Shown here: positions 23,698 through 34,029 of the stretch, piece by piece
Layout: every line of letters begins with the position of its first letter
Numbering within the stretch: the stretch's first letter is position 1
Origin: Eledone cirrhosa
Taxonomy: Eukaryota
NCBI GenBank assembly: GCA_964016885.1
Contig: OZ024740.1
Location: 334,428,001-334,492,000 of the forward strand
Direction: 5' to 3'
DNA: 64,000 nt
Notes under the pieces: model-generated
The model's input: only the letters and a program-made list of their open reading frames with translations
Database searches by the model: none
Told to the model about the DNA's origin: nothing
Program-made: the position numbers and the translations under genes

Positions 23698-25799
23698 ATG
23701 GCTACGAAAAAGAATTTTCATAGGTCACTCCCACTCATTCCGTCTTCTTCTTCCTCAATCGTCACTACAACAGAGAGAAGATTGTCTCTCTCCCTCCCTT
23801 CTTTAAATGTGTCTCTCTCCCGCTCTTCTCTTTCGCAAGCGACGACAGAAAAGAAAAGTCTCGTGCAAAGCGTGCAAGATTTCTCCACGACGACGACGAC
23901 AACGACGACGAAACAGGTGTGCGGGAAATACGAAAACCCATTTCATTCGTCTGACGTAAGGAATAATAGCAGTAGCAGCCGTAATAACAACAGCAACAGT
24001 GACAATGAAAACAACAGTAGCAGCCGCAACAGCATCAGCAGCAGCATAAAGAACAACAGCATTAGCAGCAACAACAACAGCAGCAGCAGAAACAACAACA
24101 ACAACCACAGCAACAGCGGCGGCGGCAGTAGTCGTAGTACCTGCAGCAACAACAAAAGTAACAGCAGCTCTGACAACAACAACAACAACAACAACAGCAG
24201 CAAAGAAAAACCAATCTCGTTTGCAGGTATCGCGAAGAACCTCGAAACAATCCTCATAACAAATGAAGAATTACAGGAAGCGAAGAAGATGGTGACAAAA
24301 ACTGGACACCGAGCAATCTGCAAGGCAGCCGAAACATTTTTCGAAACCCAACAGTACTGTACGGTCACGTACCGTACAGTAAGTACAAAATCCCGTAGGG
24401 TGGAAAGAGCCACAGAGGCTTAAATACAAAAAGCCTTGGGGTCTGTGTGGCAGCAGAAAACACACATCACCCGAGGCAAGAAATATGCCACCGTAGACGT
24501 ACTTTTTGCCACACCCCAGGAGGCAAAGGCTCAATCCGTAGTGACCCTAAGGAGCGAGGAAATGGTGTTGGTGCCCTCCTACTGCGGGCAAAAAATTGTG
24601 AGGGTCAAACTGACCCCCCCCCCCGGGATGGCCGTGTCTGTCCTCGTCGGAATCGAGGACAAAACAACTGTACTGCAAGTACAGAAAAAAGTAAGAGAAG
24701 ATTGGGTCGGCACCTCCATTGAGATGTTAATCCAAACCAACCAGGAGTGCATCGAAGCTATCCTGGATGTGATAGACTTCGATAACGGCACTCAACTGCC
24801 CATAAGTGTTGAGGGCAAACGCCCGAAATGCTTTCGCTGTGGATCGAAGACTCACCTCAGGGCCTTCTGCAACGAGAAGACCCTGAGAAAGGAGAAAACC
24901 TCCCTCCTTCCGAAACCGGCTCCACGGCTACCAGCAACAGGACAAGCGGCAACCAGGAACGATAGATCCGTGGCACCCATACCCACGCCACGGAAATCAA
25001 AAACAGCAGCAGCAGTGGAAGTATTAACAACAACAACAACAGCAATACCAAATGCAGCTGCAACAGAGACTCCAGTGCAAACATCACCAACAACAAGTGA
25101 AAGAGTGGAGCTGGTACCCCTCCCGACCTCACATAATCAGACATGGAGTGTGAGGTGGGAGAGGGATGGCAAAAGGTCGTAAGAAGGCACAAACGCAGAA
25201 GCAGCGCATCGTCGCCTTCGAAAAGGGAGGAAAGAAATGAAAAAAGGGTAAAGGCTACTGCAAAGAGACTCACAGCAGCAACACCACCAACACCATCACC
25301 ACCCACACTAGCACCACCATCACCACCGGCGACAACAACAACACCTTCAACACCACCACCACAAGAACCAACATCGCAAACACAACAACAAAACACACAC
25401 ACCCAGCAACAACGACAAGAAAATAGCAGAACCACACCCCACCCCCAGAAAAACAAATGCACGGCAATAAATACACACAACAAGAAACTAATGACTTACA
25501 TAATTGAACACACAGACATTTCACAACACGACTACATAATACCAGCACCAATCAAAACGCCAACTAACATAAGACTGCTAAAAATAGCACAGAAACAATA
25601 CACAAACATTAAAACGAAATTCCCCAACGCAGTTGGTGATTTCAGAGACCTAGGAGGAACTATCAACCGAAGAGTATATTCGGACATACTCATAGAAGAG
25701 CCGATGACCAGCCGAAGGGACGATTCAACGGTCCCTTCACAAGACGATCAAGTGAAAAGGGATGTAAAAACCATCCCTCCTCTACGAAAAGTACGGTAA
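23698..25799 (+). pseudogene. Tx1 ORF1 (gag-like, zinc knuckle) interrupted by an in-frame TAA at 24421 and a frameshift near 25140
   Basis: 23698-24423 and 24436-25182 share a frame. It contains a CFRCGSKTHLRAFC CCHC knuckle, a WQKVVRR motif in the shifted frame and low-complexity S/N/T/P tracts. Confidence 0.8.
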
Positions 25800-25834
25800 G
25801 TGGTCTTTCCCATCTTTTCCACTCTATTTTAAAC

Positions 25835-28800
25835 ATGACCTCACTCAGAATAGGCAGCATAAATGCGCGTGGCTTGGGGTCGTCATGGAAGCAGGGCCAC
25901 CTGCTCAACGACCTCAGGTCACTAAACATAGATGTAGTGGCCATCAGCGAGACCAGAATCTCCGAAGCACAGGCTTTCGCACCGATCTTCGGCGGCTACG
26001 ATGTGTACGCATCTCCCAGCCGTCCGGGATCGGGGGGAGGAGTTGCTGTGCTTTTTCGGAAAGGTTTGGATCTTGCCATACGGGCCATCTTCCTGGACCC
26101 AGAAGGTAAGTTGGTGGTGCTGGACGTGACCAGCGGAGACGGGCAAGCTTTCAGGTTAGTGGCCGTCTATGCCCCGACAGGAGCAGGGCGGCCTGATTTC
26201 TTCCGGCGTCTGGAGACCTTTCTTGGAACGTCCCGCTCTTTAGTGTTAGTGGGCGACTGGAACGGGATCTTAGATACACGCTGGGATTGTGTGGGATTAG
26301 TGGATAGAGAAGGAGGGTGCAAGAGTCTCACCAACCTGCTCAGACGTTTTGAACTGTCTGACAGGTACCGAATGGATTTCCCGAATGTACCAATGTGGAC
26401 TTGGACAAATCGCATAGGGTCATCCAGATCATATCTAGATAGAGTATTGTGTAGGGAAATAGATAGGTCTAGCATAGGCTGTCCACAATTCAAGATAGTC
26501 AGCTACACGGACCACAAATTCGTGATCTGTGTGCTTGACTTAGATAGGCTTCATAGACGAGGACCCGGCTACTGGAAGTTAAACGCGTCCTTACCAGCGC
26601 GCAAGGCCTACAGAGACCGGATTAGCGAACCAGTTAAGCGGGCGTTGACGGGGGCCATCGTCAACAACATGTGGTGGTTTGCTCTGAAAAGAGCAATTAG
26701 AATAGAGTCCATTAGGTTTAGTAAGACTTTAGCAATAGAGAAAAATAGAGCAGAGGGAGAATTAGTTAGAAAATTAGATGAGGCGCTTAGCAAAGGCATC
26801 GCGACCGACGTACTTGCGGCGAAATTGGCCCTTGACCAATTCTTCAATGCAAAGCACGAAGGCTGCGTTGTCAGAGCTAGGGTGCGTGCTCTCAGACACG
26901 AGGGAGCGAAAGCCGTTCAATGGGCCCGAGTGGCGGAGGCGCATCGTGGCAACAAAGCCACGATCCGGTCTTTGGTGGACCACGACGGGCGCATGCTACT
27001 CGATCCCGGGCAAATGTGTGAAGCTTTTCAGCGACACTTCGCTCAACTGTTCGGGGGCAGTGGCGGGCCGGATCGAGGGATGGACTTTAGTGTCTACCTC
27101 GACGGACTGCCGCGGCTTTCGGCCACTGAGGCGGAGTGTTGCGAAAAGCCGATAACAACCGCTGAAGTACGGGATGCAATGACTGGCTGCACAAGGGGTA
27201 AATCGCCTGGTTTGGATGGTCTGCCCTATGAACTTTACGTACAAATGCCAAACTTGTTCGGATGCCTCTTGGCGGACGTCTACTGCAACTGGCAACAGAA
27301 CGGGAGAATTCCCAGCTCTGTGAGCCGAGGAGCGGTGGCGCTGCTGAGAAAGGATCCGAACAAGGGGGATAACATAGATAATTTTAGGCCCATAACTCTG
27401 CTAAACACAGAGTTCAAGATTTTGGCCAAGGTGCTAGCAAAGAGGTTGGCACTTGTCGTTGGTGGTCTGGTGGGAGAGGCACAGACATGCGCCATTCCCG
27501 ACAGATCCATCCACGACAACCTCCACCTCATGCGATACATCGTAGAGAGGGTAGCTAGGGAACCTGGCACGGGTGGGTCTTTGATCAATTTAGATCAGTC
27601 GAAAGCCTTCGATAGGGTCGACCATCGTTACCTAGCGGCAGTCCTGAGGGCGGCTGGCTTTGGGCCCGTCTTCAGAGGCTGGATCGCTGCCATGCACAGC
27701 GACATCTGCTCTGTAGTGAGAGTGAACGGTCACCTTTCGGAACCGTTCAACATCATGCGCTCGGTCCGCCAAGGATGTCCCCTCTCGTCCCTATTGTACG
27801 TATTGACTCTCGAGCCATTACTGCACAAACTGGAGACGTTGAGGGGGGTCCCGCGCGAACTAGGATGCGGAAGATCCGTGTCAGCATATGCCGACGATGT
27901 CACCGTAGTGGTGTCGAACGCCAAACACATCGAGGCGATCGGCACTACACTAAGAGAATACGAAGCGGTGGCAGGATCAATGATCAATCAGGAAAAGTCA
28001 GTGGGCCTGCAGCTCGGCACCTGGGGAGGCAGGTCCATGCCGTCCAACAGCGTCGTCGGGCGCTGGACGGACGGACCGGTTAAATTGCTAGGGGTCTGGT
28101 TCGGTCCAGACCTCCAGACGGACAAAAACTGGGACGAGGTGACGAGCAGGGTGGCTTCTCTCACCCAGAAATGGACCGAGAGGAAGCTATCCCTGAAAGG
28201 TCGAGCGGAGGTGGCGAATGCGTACATCGCATCCGTCATCTACTACCGCCTGACCGTCGTACCTTGTCCTAAGCCCCGCCTGACTGCGCTGGAGCGTTTG
28301 CTCTTTCGCTTCTTGTGGAAGGGACGCTCTCCGATGGTCAGGTCGTCCATCTGCTGTCAACACCCGCTACGTGGAGGGATGGGCATGCCGTGGCTGATGA
28401 TGCGCAGACACGCGCTCAGGCTACGACATCTCCACCTCTTCCTCGACGGTGATCAGGTGTGGTCGCCGTTTGCAAGACACGTTTTTCCCCAGCTCGTCTC
28501 CTTGACGGAGCTGCAGTCCTGGGTCAAGCGAAGACCGAGAGGGAGCGCTTGGAGACTGGAATGTCTTCAGGCGCTCACAGCCCTCGACCAATCGGGCAAT
28601 GTGATCGGTGGAAACTCCACCTTGGCGTTCTATAGGGGATTAGTGGAGGGGAAGAGCGACGACGTACTTGGAGAAACTCTAGGCGTCGACGAAAATCAAC
28701 TAGCCAATCTCTTCGGAAGGACTTTCGGGCCGGGGCCTATGGACAACTTCCAGAAATCCCTGGCCTGGCAGTGCTACCGAGGAGCTTTGCCAGTTCGGGA

Positions 28801-29254
28801 TAAACTCTACAGGCATGGAGGTGCCGTCAGCCGGGCATGTCCGAGATGCGCGCAGGGCGACGAAACCGTCCTGCACGCACTCGTCCAGTGTCCGAAAATT
28901 GCTGACTTGTGGGTTTATGTCGAACACCTGCTGTCACGTGTAGGACGGATCCAGCTATCAGCTGAGTCCATCGTGAGGATTGCCCCGCCCTCTTCCTTTA
29001 GCCTGGAAGGGCAGGCAGTTTTTATCTGTCTGGTGGCCATGGCGAAAGAGATAGTATGGTGGACACGTTTGAAAGGGCTGAAGACGAGCACTTACCTCTT
29101 CGGTGATGCCCTGATTACCTTTTTCAAATTTCATTTGAAAAGGAAAATCAGGGTAGAGAGGGAAGTGCTCTCTTCCCAGCATTTTGTTGAAAGATGGGTG
29201 AGAGAAGCAAGTATGGCCCGAATGAATGGGCCTTCTCTGAGTATATATCTGTAA
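25835..29254 (+). CDS. Tx1-clade ORF2: APE endonuclease, reverse transcriptase and C-terminal zinc finger, 1139 aa
   Basis: APE motifs SINARGL, ISET, VYAP, GDWN, SYLDR and TDH; GYWKLN linker; RT motifs KSPGLDGL, FRPITLLN, DQSKAFDRV, VRQGCPLS and AYADD; CPRC...H..VQC finger. Confidence 0.96.
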   Translation: MTSLRIGSINARGLGSSWKQGHLLNDLRSLNIDVVAISETRISEAQAFAPIFGGYDVYASPSRPGSGGGVAVLFRKGLDLAIRAIFLDPEGKLVVLDVTSGDGQAFRLVAVYAPTGAGRPDFFRRLETFLGTSRSLVLVGDWNGILDTRWDCVGLVDREGGCKSLTNLLRRFELSDRYRMDFPNVPMWTWTNRIGSSRSYLDRVLCREIDRSSIGCPQFKIVSYTDHKFVICVLDLDRLHRRGPGYWKLNASLPARKAYRDRISEPVKRALTGAIVNNMWWFALKRAIRIESIRFSKTLAIEKNRAEGELVRKLDEALSKGIATDVLAAKLALDQFFNAKHEGCVVRARVRALRHEGAKAVQWARVAEAHRGNKATIRSLVDHDGRMLLDPGQMCEAFQRHFAQLFGGSGGPDRGMDFSVYLDGLPRLSATEAECCEKPITTAEVRDAMTGCTRGKSPGLDGLPYELYVQMPNLFGCLLADVYCNWQQNGRIPSSVSRGAVALLRKDPNKGDNIDNFRPITLLNTEFKILAKVLAKRLALVVGGLVGEAQTCAIPDRSIHDNLHLMRYIVERVAREPGTGGSLINLDQSKAFDRVDHRYLAAVLRAAGFGPVFRGWIAAMHSDICSVVRVNGHLSEPFNIMRSVRQGCPLSSLLYVLTLEPLLHKLETLRGVPRELGCGRSVSAYADDVTVVVSNAKHIEAIGTTLREYEAVAGSMINQEKSVGLQLGTWGGRSMPSNSVVGRWTDGPVKLLGVWFGPDLQTDKNWDEVTSRVASLTQKWTERKLSLKGRAEVANAYIASVIYYRLTVVPCPKPRLTALERLLFRFLWKGRSPMVRSSICCQHPLRGGMGMPWLMMRRHALRLRHLHLFLDGDQVWSPFARHVFPQLVSLTELQSWVKRRPRGSAWRLECLQALTALDQSGNVIGGNSTLAFYRGLVEGKSDDVLGETLGVDENQLANLFGRTFGPGPMDNFQKSLAWQCYRGALPVRDKLYRHGGAVSRACPRCAQGDETVLHALVQCPKIADLWVYVEHLLSRVGRIQLSAESIVRIAPPSSFSLEGQAVFICLVAMAKEIVWWTRLKGLKTSTYLFGDALITFFKFHLKRKIRVEREVLSSQHFVERWVREASMARMNGPSLSIYL

Positions 29255-29492
29255 ATTAAAGGTGGAAAACTGGGAGAGGGCACTTGCCTTGGTGGTCAGG
29301 GTCATTGTGGCTTTTTACTGGGCTTTATCCACAAATGTCCCTCCGAAGTCTGCCCCCTATTGGGGAATTTTTCATTGTTATTTTTTGTTACATCCTCTTT
29401 TTTTGTTTTTTACACGCAGAAATGCCCATTTGTACCGTCCTGCATTGTCCTGCACTGTCCTTAATGTCTACTTTATGTAAACCCTTGTGGTT

Positions 29493-29498
29493 AATAAA
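29493..29498 (+). terminator. Polyadenylation-signal-like AATAAA at the T1 3' end
   Basis: AATAAA lies 6 nt before the (ATT)n flank. Confidence 0.55.
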
Positions 29499-29504
29499 GA
29501 AATC

Positions 29505-29534
29505 ATTATTATTATTATTATTGTTGTTGTTATT
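29505..29534. repeat. Short (ATT)n(GTT)n tract shared tail-to-tail by T1 and A3
   Basis: Seen directly in the sequence. Confidence 0.95.
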
Positions 29535-32500
29535 CCTTGAATCTCAGTCATTGATGTTGGTTAACTGGAAAGTCCGTTGGATTGAATATCAAGCCACTAC
29601 CTGCAGCCTCAGATATTCAGGACGTATCGGAGGGCTCTTGCTGTTCCAAGCAAGCATGCCTTTTGAAGCGTTCCAAAAAGCGTGAAGAGGCCGATTTTCT
29701 TTAACCATCCCTGGAAACTTTTGGAGATAGTCCCCAGTGCGCCTATGACAATCGGGATCACTTTGATTTCATGGCAGTTCCAAATCCTTTTCACCTCCCA
29801 CTTTAGGTCCTGGTATCGGTTAATTTTCTCCCTCTCCTTCTCTTGCACTCTCGTGTCGAACGGGCAGGCCACATCCACAATCAGACACGTTCTTTTTTCT
29901 ATGTCCACAACCACCAGGTCAGGTCTATTGTGTTCCAGTTTTTTGTCCGTCTGTATCCTAAAATCCCACAGCACCTTCACCTGATTGTTCTCCATCACCG
30001 CCTCTGGCCTATGCTCATACCATTTCTCAGAATGTGGTAAATTGTTTACTTTGCACAGGTGCCAGTGGATCACCCTGCCCATCACATCGTGTCTCCAGCC
30101 CTTATAGTGGGTCTGGGCTAGGTGTTTACACTCGGACACAATGTGAGCCACAGTCTCCTCTCTCTCTCCACAGATCCTGCACAGTGGGCTAGCCTCCTCT
30201 TTGTAGATATGGTGCTTCAACCACTTCGTTTTGAGGGCCTGCTCCTGCGCAGCCATTAGCATTCCTTCTGTAGCCTTTTTGAGGTCTCCTCTTCTCAACC
30301 AGTTCCATGTCTGTGGATCTCTAAATTCAGTTTTCTCAAAGAAGGTACTATGAAGGGATTTTCCCTTAAGGCTGCTCTTCCTCCTTGATGTTATTTCCTC
30401 CTTGGACATCCCCTGGCCTACTGTCCCCTCCTTCAGTACAGTTCTGAGCATTGGCTCCTTACTATAGGTCACGTATTTGTATAGGTTGTTTTTCTCCATC
30501 TGAACACAGTCCTCTATGCTGATAAGACCTCTTCCACCCTCAGATCTCCTTGGGTAGAGTCTATCGACATCACTCCTCTTGTGGAACATGTTGTAGATAG
30601 TCAATAGCTTCCTAGTCTTCCTATCCATTTCTTTTTGTTCAGCAACATTCCATCTCAGAATTCCCGCACTGTACCTAATAATAGACACAGCTCGGGAATT
30701 TACTGCGCTTATGGCATTTCTGCTGTTCAGATGTGACTTCAATACGCTCCTTACTCTCCGAATGTATTCAGTTCTTAACAATTCCTTCATTCTTTTGTTC
30801 TTTATGACATCAGCCTCCAGAACGCCCAAATACTTGTATCCTTCCTCAGAGTCAATTTCCTTTATCATCTCACCTGTTGGTATCTGGATCCCGTTACCTC
30901 TGCTCAAACTACCCCTCCTCATCACGATGACTCCACATTTACCAATGCCAAACTGCATACATATATCACTGCTGAAAATACGGACAGTGTCAACAAGCAC
31001 ATCCAACTCCTTCTCACTTTTCCCGAAGAGCTTAAGATCGTCCATGAAGAGGAGGTGATTCATGGTAAGCTCTCCCCTTCCCAACTTGTATCCTGCTCTC
31101 ACTTTTCGCAGCATAATGGTCAAGGGCATCAGGGCAAGGACAAACAACAGAGGGGACAGGCTATCTCCCTGGAAGATACCTCTCTGGATCTTCACGCTTC
31201 CCAAGGATACTCCAGTTGATGTCAACTCTGTCTCCCAGGACCTCATACTCCTGCCTAGCAACTGTCTGATGTTATCTGCCACCCTGAAGATCTCCAGGCT
31301 TTTGGTGATCCAAGAATGAGGCACCATGTCAAATGCCTTTCTGTAGTCTATCCATCCCATGGCAAGATCAGTGTGTCTCCTCCTGCAATTCCCCATCACC
31401 ATCTTATCAATAAGTAACTGGTCCTTTGTACCACGTGACTTCTTTCGGCATCCTTTCTGTTCGTCCGGTAACAAGTTGTTTGTGTGGAGGTGATGGTAGA
31501 TTTCCTCAGACGCAATGCTCGTCAACAGTTTCCACATTACGGACAGACATGTGATAGGTCTATAGTTGGTAACATCATTACCCTTGATTCGGTCTTTCAT
31601 TATCAGAACTGTGGTACCTTTTGTCAACCACTCTGGCACCTCACCCGACACCAAGCAGTCATTGAACATGGCCGTCAGCTTCGGGTGGAGGGATGTTAAA
31701 TGTTTAATCCAATACCCCTGCACACCATCTGGGCCTGGTGATTTCCAGTTGGTTATTTTTTTGGCCTGCCCCTTAAGAGTTTCAACTGTGATACTCAAAT
31801 CAGTCTGTTGTTGTGCCTGCTCACCGATCTCCCTCTGTACTGTCTCAATCCACCCTGCCTGGGCATTGTGTCTAACATCCTGCTCCCATATTCCTCTCCA
31901 GAATGTTTTAGTTTGCTCCGCCCCAGGGATCAAGTCGTTGCCTCTTTCTTTCCCCTCAAGCTGTCCAAACAGCATCTTCTGGTTGTTGTCGAACATGCGG
32001 TTCTGTTTATACTGACTGACTCTGTTCTCGTATCGCCTGATTTTTGCACTCTTTGCTACAATGCGTTGCTTCAGATCCTCTATGATAATATTTAGCTTTT
32101 TCCTCCTAGTTTTGTATTTTATTTCCAGTCTATTTTTAGTGCCTATGTTTTTTAGTGTCCCATTCAGTAGTGACTCAAGCTTTCCTATGTCATTTCTCAT
32201 TTCCCCGATTTGCCCACTCAGTCGCTTCTTCCACCACGGCTCTGCTCTTTCTTGTCTGTTGTTTCCTCTCGCTTTTATACCAAGTAGTTTCCTCACCGTA
32301 TTTGCTGTTGCTTTGAGGATATTGTTGCACTGGTGAAGGCTCCTCGCCTCAAGGTATGGGATGACTTTGTTTACCTTAGCTGTTGTTTCTTTTAACTTTT
32401 TCCTGTCTACAAATCTTAGGTTCATAGGTCTCCCACTATCATTGTTCAATTCATCTACCACTAAATTTAGGATGTCAACCAAATCTTGTCCTAGCCCGTC

Positions 32501-33942
32501 AGCATTCATCTCCTCAGTGGCCGTATCTCTGTTCCAGGTATTATTTATCTCAGTATTCAGATCATTGTCTGCTTCGGGTGGTTCCTCCGTTCTCAGGACC
32601 TCTTCACCTTCATTTCCCACTGGCTCGCCTGTCTGGCATACTACACCAGCCATCTCCAAGCCATTCTCTCTGCTCAGTTCCTCCAGTTCCAGCTCGCTTA
32701 TCCATCCATTAGTTCTTATTACCCGAGCCTGCCCGGCCAATTTTTGTTCATCTAATTTAAATAAACCAATCTTGTTCCAGATGTTATGCATCCGTCTCCT
32801 GTAGCCCCTCTCCTTGGGGTTACTTTTCAGGTAACATTGCATAACAGTTCTATTCAATTCTTTCGTCCAGTTGGTTCTGGCCCCTTTCCTTCTTCTCCTT
32901 CCTCCAACATCAGCAGTATTTGGTTGACAGTCAAGTTCCTGCTGCTGAGCCAGGGGGCACCTGTTGGGTGAGAGTCTGTCACATGACGTTCTAGTCTCCA
33001 TTTCACCGTTATTCGAACTGTTTATGTTCGATATTTAAACACTCTTATCGAGGATTGGCGAATGTATGGTTACATATCCATCTGTGGATCCGCCATTCCA
33101 CTTGGCCCTTGTGTGGCATTATCACCACGCTGTATACGAACACACATAAACAAACAAACACACAGGCAGAAAGGGCCCCAAAAATGAATAAGCATAAGTT
33201 TCATTGTAATGTAGTGTTCGAATGTCTGACTTAGTTTCTGTTTTTTAAGTTTTAGTTTTTCCCCCCTCTTCTCTGTCCGTCCGCCTGCTTCTCTCTTCAT
33301 TCTTATTTTCTTTACGTTTTGGGGTTTTTTTGTTTTTTTTTGTTTTTGTTTTTCTCTGTTTGTTTTTCTCGTTTTTTGCTGTTGTTGCTGTGCTGCTTTG
33401 GTTTTGTTGTTTGTTTTTTCCTTTTTTCTTTTGAGTCTATCTATATATTTTGATGCCTTCCTCTTTTTTAGCAGTAGGGATTCTATAATGTGGTGGCAGC
33501 AGCCAGCTAAAGAAGTGGGAGACTGGCGGCGGTAGCGATACTGAGACAGTGGTGGCGGTGATGTCGATACCGAGGCAGTGGTGGCGGTGATGTGACCGTA
33601 TTACTGTAGTGATGGTGCTGTAGCGGTGGTAGCAGTGAAGGAGTGAAGGGGTGGTGGCGGCGGTGATGGGATAATGGTTGTAATGATGGCCGTAGTGAGC
33701 GGTGGTGGTTTAGTGTACACAGGTGATGGGGTGGGTGGTGTATCTAGTTTCTGGTGTTGGTGAGTTTGGCTGTTCTATATAGTGTAGACAGAGGAGGAGG
33801 GGGGGGGGTTCTTCTTCCATTTATAGCCATTTTCTTTTTTGGATATACAGTGTACAATACAAAGTTGAATATTTGAATATTTGAGCCTTATAACAATATA
33901 TTTTGGGTTCGAATTTTTTGGGGCTCAAGCCGGGTGCTTTAC

Positions 33943-33943
<1 letters not shown>
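29535..33943 (-). mobile_element. Intact family A copy A3, slightly 5'-truncated in the UTR
   Basis: Near-identical to A2 and flanked by (TTA)n. Confidence 0.93.
29609..33001 (-). CDS. Non-LTR retrotransposon protein (RT, CCHC, RLE), R4/Dong-like, 1130 aa
   Basis: Same length and motifs as the A2 ORF, differing only by scattered substitutions. Confidence 0.96.
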   Translation of the reverse strand: METRTSCDRLSPNRCPLAQQQELDCQPNTADVGGRRRRKGARTNWTKELNRTVMQCYLKSNPKERGYRRRMHNIWNKIGLFKLDEQKLAGQARVIRTNGWISELELEELSRENGLEMAGVVCQTGEPVGNEGEEVLRTEEPPEADNDLNTEINNTWNRDTATEEMNADGLGQDLVDILNLVVDELNNDSGRPMNLRFVDRKKLKETTAKVNKVIPYLEARSLHQCNNILKATANTVRKLLGIKARGNNRQERAEPWWKKRLSGQIGEMRNDIGKLESLLNGTLKNIGTKNRLEIKYKTRRKKLNIIIEDLKQRIVAKSAKIRRYENRVSQYKQNRMFDNNQKMLFGQLEGKERGNDLIPGAEQTKTFWRGIWEQDVRHNAQAGWIETVQREIGEQAQQQTDLSITVETLKGQAKKITNWKSPGPDGVQGYWIKHLTSLHPKLTAMFNDCLVSGEVPEWLTKGTTVLIMKDRIKGNDVTNYRPITCLSVMWKLLTSIASEEIYHHLHTNNLLPDEQKGCRKKSRGTKDQLLIDKMVMGNCRRRHTDLAMGWIDYRKAFDMVPHSWITKSLEIFRVADNIRQLLGRSMRSWETELTSTGVSLGSVKIQRGIFQGDSLSPLLFVLALMPLTIMLRKVRAGYKLGRGELTMNHLLFMDDLKLFGKSEKELDVLVDTVRIFSSDICMQFGIGKCGVIVMRRGSLSRGNGIQIPTGEMIKEIDSEEGYKYLGVLEADVIKNKRMKELLRTEYIRRVRSVLKSHLNSRNAISAVNSRAVSIIRYSAGILRWNVAEQKEMDRKTRKLLTIYNMFHKRSDVDRLYPRRSEGGRGLISIEDCVQMEKNNLYKYVTYSKEPMLRTVLKEGTVGQGMSKEEITSRRKSSLKGKSLHSTFFEKTEFRDPQTWNWLRRGDLKKATEGMLMAAQEQALKTKWLKHHIYKEEASPLCRICGEREETVAHIVSECKHLAQTHYKGWRHDVMGRVIHWHLCKVNNLPHSEKWYEHRPEAVMENNQVKVLWDFRIQTDKKLEHNRPDLVVVDIEKRTCLIVDVACPFDTRVQEKEREKINRYQDLKWEVKRIWNCHEIKVIPIVIGALGTISKSFQGWLKKIGLFTLFGTLQKACLLGTARALRYVLNI

Positions 33944-34011
<68 letters not shown>

Positions 34012-34029
34012 ATTATTGTTGTTGTTGTT
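33944..34029. repeat. (TTA)n(GTT)n tract between A3 and A4
   Basis: Seen directly in the sequence. Confidence 0.97.

Larger units (their letters stand above)
23480..29504 (+). mobile_element. Apparently full-length L1-group, Tx1-clade non-LTR retrotransposon (T1)
   Basis: Two-ORF layout with AATAAA at 29493, bounded by (TTA)n and (ATT)n. Confidence 0.9.
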
